From the human T2T-CHM13v2.0 reference genome, Homo sapiens: DNA of 64,000 nt. Below the pieces are notes generated by a model that saw only the letters and a list, made by a program, of their open reading frames with translations, did not search any database and was not told the DNA's origin. This document shows, in pieces, positions 15,346-28,905 of the stretch. Both the position numbers and the translations under genes were made by a program. The stretch lies in NCBI RefSeq assembly GCF_009914755.1, contig NC_060939.1; one strand, 5' to 3'. The stretch's first letter is position 1; each line of letters opens with the position of its first letter.

Positions 15346-15546
15346 TCACAACCTAAAATTTGTCAAAGACTTCTCATTCAGATAAAGAACAAATTCTTAA
15401 TTTGGCATCATTTTTAATCTTCTCTGAACCACTCTCTTTAAAACCACTCTCACATCCTAAAATTTTTCAAAGCATTCTCATTCAGAAAAGGCACAAATTC
15501 TTAATCTGGCATTGTTTTTAATCTTCTCCAAAGCACTCTCTTTAAA
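15346..15546 (+). repeat. Diverged tandem duplication, period 104 bp
   Basis: tcaca(a/t)cctaaaattt...ttctcattcaga...acaaattcttaat...tttttaatcttctc...cactctctttaaa at 15346 and 15450. Confidence 0.9.
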
Positions 15547-15779
15547 CAATTATTTTCCTACCTTTGTTTTAGCCACAGTGGTGAACTCATTGATTTCAGA
15601 TAAACAATGTCCTCCCTGCTTCCCCTACTGCCTACTTCAGGTGCTAGTGAGAATGAAATAATGTGCAGGAAAACACCTAGCATGTTCTGCCATACTGAGC
15701 CCTGTGAAATGGGTAATTCACTTGAACTTCATACCCCATGCAATGAGGATGAGGCTCAGTTATTCAACAAGCTGTTAGA

Positions 15780-15912
15780 GTGGAGCCTGGTAGCATGCAC
15801 CTGTAGTCCCAGCTGCTCAGGAGACTGAAGCAGATTGCTTGAGACCAGGAGTTTGAAGCAGCTTGGGTGATATAGCAAGACCCTATCTCAAAAAACAAAA
15901 ATAAAAAACAAA
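15780..15912 (+). mobile_element. Free Alu monomer (FLAM_A-like)
   Basis: gcacctgtagtcccagct...gattgcttgagaccaggagtttgaagcagcttgggtgatatagcaagaccctatctc followed by an A-rich tail. Single arm only. Confidence 0.85.
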
Positions 15913-16351
15913 AATTGCGTAAGCCTTCAGGATAGCCATTTTCTTTGCATAACCATCTTGTGTCTCCCCACCTCTGCACTGGGGAGAGATGAGAGCTGAT
16001 TAAACTGCTCGCCAAGCTTCTTCTTTGCCATTTTAGCTGGTCCATTCTATTGTCAAATGTAGATGATCTAGAGCATCAAATTCTCAGAGCTGCACCCATC
16101 ACATGTAAGGGTACAATTGTATCCTTCAGACTTGAATTTTCCCACCAGTACTCAGAGATGGTGAAGAGTTTGGTTGCTTTTATTTAGTATTAAGAATTCT
16201 CATTTGCACTTGTGTTTTGAAATGGTTTGCAGGACCTTTTGGGGCAGACCCAGTGGCTCATGGGCATCCTAATCATGGGCTGTTTCTAGTCTCTGTTCCT
16301 GTATCCTTAGGATACAGGATACAGAGCCAGCCCCATCCTAAATCCTGGCTG

Positions 16352-16385
16352 TTCAACACTGGCCTCTTCGACACTGGCCTCTTCA
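16352..16385 (+). repeat. Tandem duplication, 2 x 15 bp
   Basis: ttc(a/g)acactggcctc x2. Confidence 0.85.
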
Positions 16386-16919
16386 CTATCTTCATTAAAT
16401 GGATTTTGATCCAAATATGCTGCCAGAGCAGTTATTTTCCTTAATTGCAAAGTAGATACAGGGGCCAAATGAGGAGAACAGATCACTATAAAGCTTGCTC
16501 ATTACATTGAGCTTCTCCCTCCTGTGGTTCATGATGAATTCCAAGGCCCAACTAGTTGATAGAGTTTCAAGAAAAATCATGCACTGGTATTTTTATTCAT
16601 GGAAAATAGACACCCCAGGCTGGTCTGGAATTATAAAGTCAGTTGTCTGAAGCTATGCTAGATTTGAGTAAAGGGACCAGTGGTCTGCCACCCCAGGCCC
16701 AATTTGCTTTCACCTCTAGTCTTGTAGGAATGGCCTTCAGTATCTCTCAAGAGCCCGGTTTAGATAGAATTGTAAGCAAGGCTGTGGTTTCATAGGAAAT
16801 TAGAATTGGAAAAAATTATAAAATTTACCTTACCACGTATGGTATTTTTCAGCTGTATATTCCAATTGTTATAATTAATATTACACAGGAGGGAAATGGA
16901 GGCTCAGGCTGCCAATTCT

Positions 16920-17090
16920 GAGTACTTGAGATGTTTTAGGAACTGTGATCAAACATTTGCATTCATTCTCTCCTTAAAATCTAATTATCCTATGAGAATG
17001 AGAGATGGGGAAACTAAGAGATTAGGTAAAATTTCCCAGGGATTACAGCTCTTGTATGTGATGGCACCCAGATTTGCATCTGTTCTCTTT
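16920..17090 (-). mobile_element. MIR fragment
   Basis: cctatgag...agatggggaaactaagagattaggtaaaatttcccagggattacagct. Confidence 0.6.
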
Positions 17091-17759
17091 TCTAGCCACT
17101 CCTTGAAAGTGGTGGCACTAATGGGTTGCAGGGCTGGGCCTCTCACACTAGTCTTCTCCTTCCACGTCCAGGGTTTGCTCCACTGAAGAGGTCAACCACA
17201 TCTGTTATTCCAAACTTCAAAACATACCCAAAGAGTGACACATATGTAAATGCATGAGGCACCTTCTACGCCTCTTCTGACACCTTTCTGGTCTCTTCAT
17301 CTAAAAATATTTAGTGGGTTCAACTGCCAAATCCTCATTACACAGTGGCAGGCTGTAGGCTGTTTATTCTATCACAAATTCATGCCTAATTTACTAAGTG
17401 CTTATATATCGCGGAGGTTACTCAGGAGCATACTAGGAAAGAGAGCCTCTTGCTTGATGTTGCTATTTTCATATAATGAGCTTTTCCCCTTAGAACAAAC
17501 CCACTTGGATCAGGCAGCAGAAAGTAAAGGAAGTAAAAGCCCCCCAGGGTAGAAAGCCCTACCAGGCTCTGGGGCAAGACTAAAAGGGAGCCAAGAGTTG
17601 TTTTCAGCTGCTTTAGGTATTTCTTTTATCAGATAACAACCTACTTCTGACACTCTTCAAGTCAGAAGTGCTGCTAATTCCTCTCCAAATCAATACAAAA
17701 CTATAAATAACTGATAACAGCTTTATGTGTATTTCTCCTAAATATCATGGACTCCATCC

Positions 17760-17950
17760 AGAGTCAGAAAATTTGGAGTTCAAAATCCTTAGTCCACCAT
17801 TTACTGAGTATTTTCAAGACTCAATATCTTCATTCTAGAAGGCGGGATAGTATCTCCCTAAAGAGTGGTGAGAATTAAAGGAGTAGCAAGTACAAATTCT
17901 AACAGGCTTAGAACAGGTGCTGGCACAAAGTAAACACTCACATGTTAGTT
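17760..17950 (+). mobile_element. MIR
   Basis: gagtcagaaaatttggagttcaaaatcc...gtggtgagaattaaa...gcttagaacaggtgctggcacaaagtaaacactca. Confidence 0.7.
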
Positions 17951-17998
17951 CCCTCCACCCCCTACTTTTCTTCCTGTCTCAGAGATATTTACATAGTA

Positions 17999-18182
17999 CA
18001 GACAGTCCCTAACTTTTGATGGCTCGACTTGGACTTTTCAGGTTAATCATAGTGCAAAAGCCATACCCATTCACTAGCCTTCTCAACTTAACAATGGGGT
18101 TACCTCTGGATAGATTTATAAATTGAAAATATCGTAATGGTTTTATCAGGACATAACCCCACTGTAAGTCAAGGAGCACCTG
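17999..18182. mobile_element. Tigger3/MER7-type TcMar MITE (184 bp)
   Basis: TA TSDs at 17997-17998 and 18183-18184. Termini cagacagtccctaactt / aagtcaaggagcacctg. Internal atggggttac and ttgaaaatatcgtaa motifs. Confidence 0.8.
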
Positions 18183-19964
18183 TAGTCATAATCTTAAGCA
18201 ACAGAAGTAAAGCTCTGATGGTTGGTTTCAGTAGTCATTTATGTGGGGAGCCGCAATACTCCTGCAATCCTACAGCACAGATGTTTACTTCCTCTATGCA
18301 CAGGTAAGACCAGCCAGACTGTCACTCTTCGCGCTGCACCAGGCATTCTGTACCTTATTCCTCTTCCTCATGGGTAGGTTGCCCTATGCTCACCTGAGAA
18401 TGAGATAGTGAGAAGAGCCAGGCCAACCTCTCTCTTTAGATCCATGTAGTGGCAAAAAGATCACATAGGACCCCAATGCTTCAGATAACCAACAGAAGAT
18501 CATCTTTAGGTTCCCTGCCCAGTATGCTTGCCTCTCTGGGTGATGACATATAACATGTGCAGGCCTCTTTTAACCAGGGAAAGATCATGAGCAGAAACAG
18601 AAGCAAGCAGTCAGTAAGTACTCACAGCACATCACAAGGCACATTTAACATGTTTCTGCTTTTGATTTTTAAGAACTGGAGAAAAGAAAAGTTTACTTCT
18701 TTCATTCTGTTCCATTACAATAACTACTTTGTTGACATACTCTTAGAAGTTTCATTTGAAGTCCAGGGTACTTCCTGAATGATGAGAATCCAGATATATT
18801 GTGCTTGGTTTTCTAAAATTCACCCAGAATAGGATTAGTGGGTCACAAATTCCTAGATGTGATGCTGTGGTAGGAAACAAAAAACAAAAAACAAAAAAAA
18901 AAACAACTTGGGGAGGGAAGCAAGTGCCACCATCATAGCTAAAGTTTTCTCATGCTTTGAATATCACAAACTTTCAATAAACTTGAGCCCATAGTGGAGT
19001 TCAAAGTAAATTCAAGTCAAGGTGCGGAATCAACCAACAGAAAGAATAGAAGCAGCTTCAATAAAGTACAGTGCTGAGTTAGCAGGATTTGGAAATTTCT
19101 TGTCAGTTATAACTTTTCAACAAAAACATCCCATCCCAGCTGTTTATTTACAAGTATTTTTGAGGTGACACAGATGAAAGGGTCAGAGGGAAAAGGCTGG
19201 AGGGGTGAGTAATCTCGAATTCCTTAAATAATTTATTCTTCCCATAAGAAAGAGTTGACTAGGAGAAATCGCGTTCTCTCACAACTGCAGGCAAAATTGG
19301 ATCTCATTCATTATAGGTAGACCCAATCAAGGAGAAAAAATGCAACACAGAAACAGTTTCAAAAGGTACATTACTGTACCTCAAAAGGTGCAGACATAAG
19401 TCTGGCCTTGTGGCCTGACCTAGCCGATCTGGCCATACACAACTCTTTTGTTCTTTATAGTAGCTGCCAAAGAAATGTGAGTTTAGCAAGGTTACCTCTT
19501 AAAAGAAAAGTGAGACTCATGCCAAACTCTGCTACTGTATAGATATCTATTAGCTAGATGTTTATTATTAACAAAGAGAAGGGTTCATAAACCTGGTCTG
19601 GAAGCTTGCCAACCTTAAAAAAAAACAGGGGAAACCTCATCCCTTCCCTCAAAGTGGCTACTCTAACTCGTTCCATGATTCCTATGTCTGAGGTCAGCAA
19701 GGAGAGGACCATGCAGCTTCACAAGCCTACAGTTTCCCTTTGACTCCTTGAAAGTGAATGAAAGCATCCAGCTGAAAGACAGAGAACTGACTTATCCTGT
19801 TACCAGGAGGAAGAATGCAGGAGAGACCAACAGAATGCCTGCTCTGGGAAAAGATACACACAGGGAAATGGTGTTTTAGCAGGGACATGCAAGAAAAGAG
19901 GAAAAAAGGCAAAGCAAGGAAGTACTTTACATGGCAACTAGCCTACTAAACATTTCCTTTTATC

Positions 19965-20315
<351 letters not shown>

Positions 20316-20334
20316 TTATATCCTGGTTCCATCA

Positions 20335-20525
20335 GTTGGAGCAGCTTTTAAGTCCAGCCATGTACTAGTTACCTGGGAAACTGTCAAAAATATCAGTGCC
20401 CACACCCACCTTCAGAGATTCTGAGTTATTCGGTGTGGGTAAGGGTAGGATCTGGGCATAAGTCTCTTTTAGAAACTCTCCAGGTGATGCTAATGTGGAG
20501 CCACGATAGAGAAGCATAGAGCTAG
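20335..20525. mobile_element. MER5-family hAT MITE
   Basis: acctgggaaactgtcaaaaata...cagagattctga...ctccaggtgatgctaatgtggagcca...gagaagca. Confidence 0.7.
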
Positions 20526-21611
20526 GTGATGGCTCCATTAGCATGAGGAAATTTCTGTTTCATGGGAAGATACCAGAATGCCTGTACTTCTGAAGCCTTT
20601 CTAGAGTTTCTTTCTGATGCTGTTTTCTCAGCTATTTATAAATATTCCCAAATATGCAACACATGCACTCTTGTATGTTTACACATTGCTTTCCAGGACC
20701 CTAGAGAAGAGAGAGGGGCCCTAGCCAACTTTACAATGATGTCTGCCATCAAGGCTTCCTTTTCCACTTCCCTGTTTGTACAATATATGTCTATTGGCCC
20801 TTCTAACAGGACTGCATTTCTGAGGTGCATTAAAGAAAGGCATCAATGACTAGTCTGGCATATTATTCTGAAAAAAGATTTTCTAGTTCTAGAGGAGAAC
20901 GCATTATGTGCTTCCTCTACTTAAGTAGAATTTTATGCTGAGATCTATAAGATCACAGACAGGTGATAAAAAATATAAGCCAGTATATGTGCCCCCCTCT
21001 TAGGCTTCTGGAGTCTCTTGGGAATGAACCAGTTGATGGTATTTCCTCTGAAAGCTGCTTCACCTAAAGCAGGGCAGCATCTTCTCTAGGAAGACCCAGA
21101 AGGTTGCAGCACAAGTAAGGTGATATCCTGGCCTCTATGGCTGTCCTGCTGAGATGTCCTCCAGACCTTCCATACCATGGGGTCAGCTTGTGTAACTATG
21201 ATATATAGGGTCTGGACAGTCTAATCTCATAGAGGCTGAACCGGATTTAGGGAGTAAACTACCCAAGCTTATCGATGGTAGCTATATATTTGTGACTAGA
21301 ATGCCCCAAACAAAAATACCTCCCTAGTCCTTTTTTTACATATGCTTAAAAGCCAACTACACAATTGCTTTTAAAATATAGTGTTAATCCTTAATTCAAA
21401 TCACTGTAATATAGTTATATTGCATCAGGCCCCTTATAGCTCTAATCTATGAGCTTTGTCCATTCTAGGTGACAATCTAGTGACTATAGAAAGTCATTAT
21501 ACATTGATTTTTGGAAGAGAGTAAGCAAAAAGAAAAAGCTGTGGATTCATAATTAAATAATTCAGAACAAGAGAAATAAGTAGAATCTTGTTGACTTAGT
21601 GGAAAATGCCC

Positions 21612-21747
21612 TTTACATTTTTTTTTGGAACTAAGTCTTTGAAATCAGTGTTTATTTTAAACTTACAGCATACATCAATTCAGACCAGCTATTTGCAAGT
21701 GCTCAGTAGCTACAGGTGTCTACTGACTACAGGATTTGATAGCACAG
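21612..21747 (+). mobile_element. MER33-like hAT fragment
   Basis: actaagtctttgaaatcagtgt...cttacagcatacatcaattcagaccagc...caagtgctcagtagc...gatagcacag. Confidence 0.72.
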
Positions 21748-22321
21748 ATTCTAGACAGATGCTAAAAGGTCATTTGATAAAATTTAACATATATTTCTGA
21801 TTTAAAAGGAAAAAATTAAAGGAAATATGACAAAAAGATACATATCTGTCTGAAAAAAGAGACCTATAAAATTTAGTTACAAATGTACAAAAATCAATAG
21901 CTTTACTATTTTCCAAAGCTTATAAATTACAATGGAAAACAGCTATTCAAATTAGCAATCAAAATTTTAAACTATCCATCATAACCTTAAATGCATAATA
22001 CTCATATAAAAGTGTTTCCAGGATTTATAAAAGAAAATTTGAATAAATTAAAGGACATACTGTGTTTCTGACTGGAAAGCCTTGTTAACAAAAATATTAT
22101 AAAATAATCTCCAATGTTAACAAGATTCAAACCAAAACTTCTAGCATTTTATTTGAATTTCAGTAATTGATTACTAAATTCAGCTAGAATATACACAGAA
22201 GAATAATCTGTAAAATCTGGAATAAAGGAGACTAATGAAGAGAACTTTCTACCACCAAATATTAACAAATATTATAAAGTTACACAATAGATTACTGTGA
22301 AGAGAAATAAAAATAAGTTGA

Positions 22322-23260
22322 TACTTACAGCCAACTGGTCTTCAACGAAGCAAAGATAAACAAAATAGGGAAAGGACACCCTTTCAACAAATGGTGCTGG
22401 GATAATTGGCTAGCCACATGCAGGAGAATGAAACCGGATCCTCATCTCTCGCTTATACAAAAATCAACTCAAGATGGATTAAGGACTTCAATCTAAGACC
22501 CAAAACTATAAAAATTATAGAAGATAACATTAGAAAAACCCTTCTAATTGTTGGCTTAGGCAAGGATTTCATAACCGAAAACTCAAAAGCAAATGCAATA
22601 AAAACAAAGATAAATAGCTGGGACCTAATTAAACTAAAGAGCTTTTGCATGGCAAAAGGAACAGTCAGCAGAGTAAACAGACAACCTACAAAGTGAGAGA
22701 AAATCTTCACAATCTATACATCTGACAGAGGACTAATATCCAGAATCTATAATGAATTCAAACAAAGCAGTAAAAAAGAAAAAAAAAATCCCATCAAAAA
22801 GTGGGCTAAGGACATGAATAGACAATTCTCAAAAGAAGATATACAAATGGCCAACAAACATATGAAAAAAATGCTAAACATCACTAATTATCAGGGAAAT
22901 GCAAATCAAAACCACAGTGCAATACCAACTTACTCCTGCAAGAATGGCCTTAATAAAAAAAATCAAAAACAGTAGATGTTGGCATGGATGTGGCAGTGAA
23001 TACTTCTACACTGCTGGTGGGAATGTAAACTAGTACAGCTGCTATGGAAAACAGTGTGGAGATTCCTTAAAGAACTAAAAGTAGAACTACTGTTTGATCT
23101 ATCAATCCTACTACTGTGTATCTACCCAAAGGAAAAGAAGTCATTATTCAAAAAAGATACTTGCACACACATGTTTATAGCAGCACAAGTCACAATTGCA
23201 AAAATCGTGGAACCAACCCAAATGCCCATCAATCAATGAGTGGATAAAGAAACTGTGGTA

Positions 23261-23308
<48 letters not shown>

Positions 23309-23680
23309 ATGGAATAGTACACAGTCATAAAAAGGAATGAATTAACAGCATTTGCAATGATCTGGATGAGACTGGAGACTATTATTCTAAGTGAAGTAAC
23401 TCAGGAATGGAAATCCAAACATTGTACGTTCTCACTGATATGTGGGAGCTAAGCTATGAGGATGCAAAGGCATAAGAATGATACAATGGACTTTGGGGAC
23501 TTGGGGAGAAGAGTCGGGGGGTGCGGATGAGGGATAAAAGGCAACAAATATGGTGCAGCATATACTGCTTGGGTGATGGGTGCACCAGGATCTTACAAAT
23601 CTCCACTTAAGAACTTACTCATGTAATCAAATACCACCTGTACCCCAATAACCTATGGAAAAATAAAATAAAATAATACA
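22322..23680 (+). mobile_element. L1PB1-like 3' fragment nested in older L1M; internal (TA)n at 23266-23304
   Basis: ORF2 3' end ([21 protein letters not shown]) and L1PB 3'UTR (gctaagctatgaggatgcaaaggcataagaatgatacaatggac...accccaataacctatggaaaaataaa). TSD AAATAAAAATAA(G/C)TTGA at 22305-22321 and 23681-23697. Confidence 0.9.
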
Positions 23681-24093
23681 AAATAAAAATAACTTGAAAG
23701 GACTTGAAGCATCAAAAGATATAATTAAATATAAAGAAAAAATGCTATAATGCATATGCCATTTTAAAGCGAGGTGGGTGAATTCGGAGTTAAAAAAATC
23801 ACATGAGTTCAGAAAATCAAAATTACTTTTCTGTTACACTATAACTGGTTAAACAATTTCTATTTGGATTTTATATTTAAAAGTAAAATCTGGATATTTA
23901 AGCGCACCAAAAAGATTTATCAATTATTTATATAATCTAGGAGTCAGCATCTTTATAAACTTGAAGCCAAAGACAGAAAATGTAAAGAAATGACTGACAG
24001 ATTTGATTACATAAAATGTAGATATGATGACATAAAAATCTATGCAATAACACCATAAGCAGAATTCAATCTCAAACTTAAAACATAATTTCA

Positions 24094-24513
<420 letters not shown>

Positions 24514-25033
24514 TCAGCAAAATTTGTAAAAGAGAAAAAGGATGCAGGAGGAAATTTATGGAATAAGTTTGAGAGCTAAGAAATCTACAAAAGCTATCGC
24601 CAATTAATAGTAATATTAATAGTAATAGGAATAAGTTACATAGAAAAAAGTACAAAAAACATGTAAGGACACATCAAAGCAAAAATGACACCAATGGGTA
24701 GTAAGATTATGTATAATTTTTATGTTTTATTGTCACATATTTTTTCCTGTAAAAAACAAATTCTCTTATAATAAAATGCTATACTTCTTTTTAGATTAAA
24801 TAATTTTATCACATTCTGAAGAGCTGTCCTATTTTTCTGATTCTTTTTAATTTTTGAAATAGAGATGATTTCATTAGCATTTTTAATATTTTAGAATGGT
24901 TCTCTTTTATTTCTATATTTTAAACTAGACTACATAACAACTTGATTATAATATTAATTTAAAAAGAAAGCAAGAAGCTATTCCTTTGCCATATTGTCTT
25001 CAAACAGATTTATTAGTGCAATAGTTGTCTTCT

Positions 25034-25138
25034 ACGAGTTAATGGGTGCAGCACACCAGCATGGCACATGTATACATATGTAACTAACCTGCACATTGTG
25101 CACATGTACCCTAAAACTTAAAGTATAATAATAATAAA
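25034..25138 (+). mobile_element. Extremely 5'-truncated L1PA2-like 3' end (~105 bp) with 14-bp TSD
   Basis: acgagttaatgggtgcagcacaccagcatggcacatg...cctaaaacttaaagtataataataataaa. TSD AAT(A/C)GTTGTCTTCT at 25020-25033 and 25139-25152. Confidence 0.93.
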
Positions 25139-25419
25139 AATCGTTGTCTTCTTCCTATAGTTATTACTCTCAGTTGGAACAATAATAGAAAAATAGAGAG
25201 ATGCAGAGTCCAACTGATTTAAAAGTGACATTTAGAAATATTACAGGTTCTAAAGAACAGAAAAAAAGATTTTCATAATGCTGAAGTTCCTAAGTCATTG
25301 CTTAATGGAAATGATTTTCTAAAGCTTTTGGCTTTGGCTGCATGATGGGCAAAATGACCAAAGCAAATGACTATCAAGATAGTCTGCAACATAACTTTCC
25401 ATCTATCTTTGAGTTTACC

Positions 25420-25854
25420 CACAGATGCTGTAACAGTGTTAAGCAATATGACGGCTTTACACCTCAGACACCTACTTTGTCCTGTGGGCTTTCTCAAGCA
25501 TTGTCCACATTTGCTTACCTTAAGGTGATAGAGGCACTAGAAGTGTTGGGTATTTACTGTTCCCATAGGCAGTCCCAAGTCAATAAGGGATACAATTTGT
25601 GGATGAATATATCATTTTTTTCAGTCCCTTGATTGGACAATTTAGGACACATTCTACATACCTCTTCAAAGAGACCCCAAGTGGGATGAGACTCATTTAT
25701 TGCAGTTTATTAATACTCCTACATGGTTTTCACATTTCTGTTTCTCAATATCCACATTTCCTTAGTTGTGTTTCCTGAAATGATATTTTAAAGTATACTA
25801 CCTGTAACCAAGTTCTTGTCTTGGGTCTGGCTTGATGGAAATTCAAGTTAAGAA
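25420..25854 (+). mobile_element. LTR16C-like ERVL LTR
   Basis: ggacacattctaca...ccccaagtgggatgag...gtttcctgaaatga...ctacctgtaaccaagttcttgtcttgggtctg...aagttaag resembles the LTR16 3' end. Confidence 0.7.
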
Positions 25855-25859
25855 TAGGC

Positions 25860-28800
25860 ATCTACTTTGACTAATGCACAGATAACACCACAAAGAGTTA
25901 AGGAAAGTGAAGAAAAGATGTTCTAAATAAAGGAACAAGATAAATCTTCAGAACTGACCTTAACAAAATGGAATTATATGATTTACCTGACAGTTAATTC
26001 AAACTAGCTGTTATAAAGATACTTACAGCAGTAAACAGAACAATGCATGAACAAACTGAGAATTTCAATAAAGATAGAGAATATTTTTCAAAAAAAATAT
26101 TGAAGAGAAATTAGGGAGCTAAAAAACACAATAATTGGACTGAAAAAAATTTACTAGAGGGATTCAACAGAATACTAGATCAAGCAGAATAAAAGATCAG
26201 CAAATGTGAAGGCCAGTCATTGAAAGTAATTTAGTCAGAGAATCAAAAAGAATGAAAAAAGTGAAAAAAGCTTAGGGGATTGGTGGGACACCATCAAGCA
26301 GAATAATATATACATTATGGAAGTTTTAGAAGGAGAAGAGAGTGAGAAAGAAATAGTTTATTCACAGAAATAATAGCTAAAAAGTCCCCACATCTGGATA
26401 AAAAAGCAGATATCTATCCAAGAAGCTGAAATAGCACACCAAAATTTATACTGAGAGACATTAAACAAATTGTCAAAAGTCAAAGGCAAAGAGAGAATTT
26501 TAAAAGCAGCAAGAGAAAGCAATTAATCATGTATAAGGGAACCTGAAGCCTAACAAGACAGAAAGGAATGAGACAAATGTTGAAAGAAAGAAACAAACAA
26601 ACAAAAAAACCCCTGACAACCAAGAATGTTATACCCAGCAAGGCTAGCCTTCAGAAATGAAGGAGAGATAAACTTTACTAGACAAACAAAAACTGAGAAA
26701 GTTTATCACCATTAGACATGGCTTACAATAAATACTAAAGGGAATTCTTCAAGTTGAAACAAAAGGAAGCTAAACAGTAACATAATAGCATAAAAATGAA
26801 ACATGTTGGTAAATATGTAAGCAAATCCAGAACACTGCATTGCTATAATGGTGGTAGGTATTATTTTTAATTCAAATGTAAAATTTAAAAGACAAAAGTA
26901 TTAAAAACAACTTTAAAAATATGTTTAAAGATATACAATTTGAACCATGTAAATCATGACAACAATTTTTTGTCGTAAACATAAATTATGTAAACAATTT
27001 ATGTTTACATAATTTTACGTTATGTAAAATCAGGAGGGGAGAGTTCATGTTGAGTTTTTGTATGTGATTGAGCTTAAGTTGTTACCAACTTAAAATAGAT
27101 TGTTATAAGATATCTTATGTAAGCCCCGAGGTAACCATAAAAACCCTATTGAATTTATGTAAAAGAAAAGCTGATAGGAATCAAAGCATATCAATACACA
27201 CAAAAAACTTTCAAAACCCAAAGGAAGACAGCACAAGAGGAAAAAGGCAAAGGAATTACAGGACTACCATGAAACAACTAAGAAATGGCAATAGTAAATC
27301 CTTCTCTATCAATAATTACTTTAAATATAAATTGATTAAATTTCTCAATAAAATATATGAAGGAACTACATGAATTTTTTTAATGACCTAACTATATGCT
27401 GCCTACAAGAAACTCACGAAACTCACTTTAGATTTAAGGACACACATAAGCTGAAAATAAAGGAATGAAAAAAGCTATTTCATGCAGATAGCAACCAAAT
27501 GAGAGCACGGATGACTATACTTATCAGATAAAATACTCCATAAGTAAAAACCATCACAAGAGAGAAATAATGATACCATATAATAACAAAAGGGTCAATT
27601 TTCTAGGAAGATTTAACAATTATAAATCCATACGCACCCAACATCAGAGCACTTAAATATATAAAACAAACATTGACAAATCTGAAGGGAGAAATAGACG
27701 GCAATACAGTAATGGTAATAATAATAACACTTTTAATACTGAATAGAACATCCAAACAGCATATTAGTAAGTTAACAGAAGGCTTGAACAACACTACAGA
27801 TCAAATGGCTCTAACATATGTGTACAAAACATTCGACCCAACAATAGCAGAATACACATTTTTCTCAAGTGCCCATGGATTTTACCTCAGAATACATCAC
27901 GTGTTAGATATAAAACAAGTCCCAGCACATTTAAGTAGACTGCAATCATATAAAATATTTCTTCTGATTGTAATAGAATGAAACTAGAAATCAATAGCAA
28001 AAGGAAAACTGGAAACTTCACAAAAAATGAAAATTAAACATACACCCTTGAACAAGCATTGAGTCAAGAAGAAATAAAAGAGGAAATTAGAAAATATCTT
28101 AAGACAAATGAAAATACAGCATAAAATTTATGATATCCATCAGAAACAGCACTAAGATGGTTCACAGTGATAAATCACACATTAAAAGGAAGAGGGATCT
28201 CAAATAAGCAACCAAACTTTATACCTCTAGGAACCAGAAAATGAAGAACAAATAAGCTCAAAGTTAGCAGAAGGAAGGCAATAAAGATTAGAGCAGAAAT
28301 AAATGGAATAGAAAACAGAAAAATATCAACAAAATTAAGAGTTGGTTTTTTGAAAAGATAAACAATTTACAAGGCCTTAGTTAAATTAAGGGAAAAAAAG
28401 AAGGCTCAGAATTATAGATGAATGAGATATTACAAGTGATGCCACAGAAATAAAAAGGATTATATGAAATTTCTATGAACAATTACATACTAAAAACTAG
28501 ATAACCTAAAAGAAATGGAAAAAGTCCTGGAAACATACAAACTGCCAAAACTAAATAATAAATAATTAGAAAGCCTGAACAGGCCTATAACTAGTATGGA
28601 GATTGAATGAGGAATTCAATACCTCTCAACAAAGAAAAGCCCAGTACCAGATCGCCTCACAAGTAAATTCTACCAAGCATTTCAAGAATTAATGCCAATC
28701 CTTCTAAAACACTTCCAAAAAACTGAAAATGAGAAGGGAATACTTCCAAACTCATTATATGAGGCCAGCATTATCCTTACACCAAAGCCAGACAAAGACT

Positions 28801-28905
28801 ACAAGAAAAGAAAACTACCTGCTAATATCCCTGATTAATATAGATGCAAAAATCCTCAACAAAATACTAACAAAATGAATGCAACTGCACCTGAAAAGGA
28901 TCATA
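25860..28905 (+). mobile_element. Old L1M (L1M3/M4-type) internal fragment: ORF1, inter-ORF region, ORF2 EN to start of RT; both ends missing
   Basis: ORF1-like sequence (gagagaattttaaaagcagcaagaga, atacccagcaaggctagccttcagaaatgaagg). ORF2 starts near 27283 (atggcaatagtaaatcc...). EN-like peptide TNLKGEIDGNTVMV. Ends at atagatgcaaaaatcctcaacaaaatac. Many stops. Confidence 0.88.
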
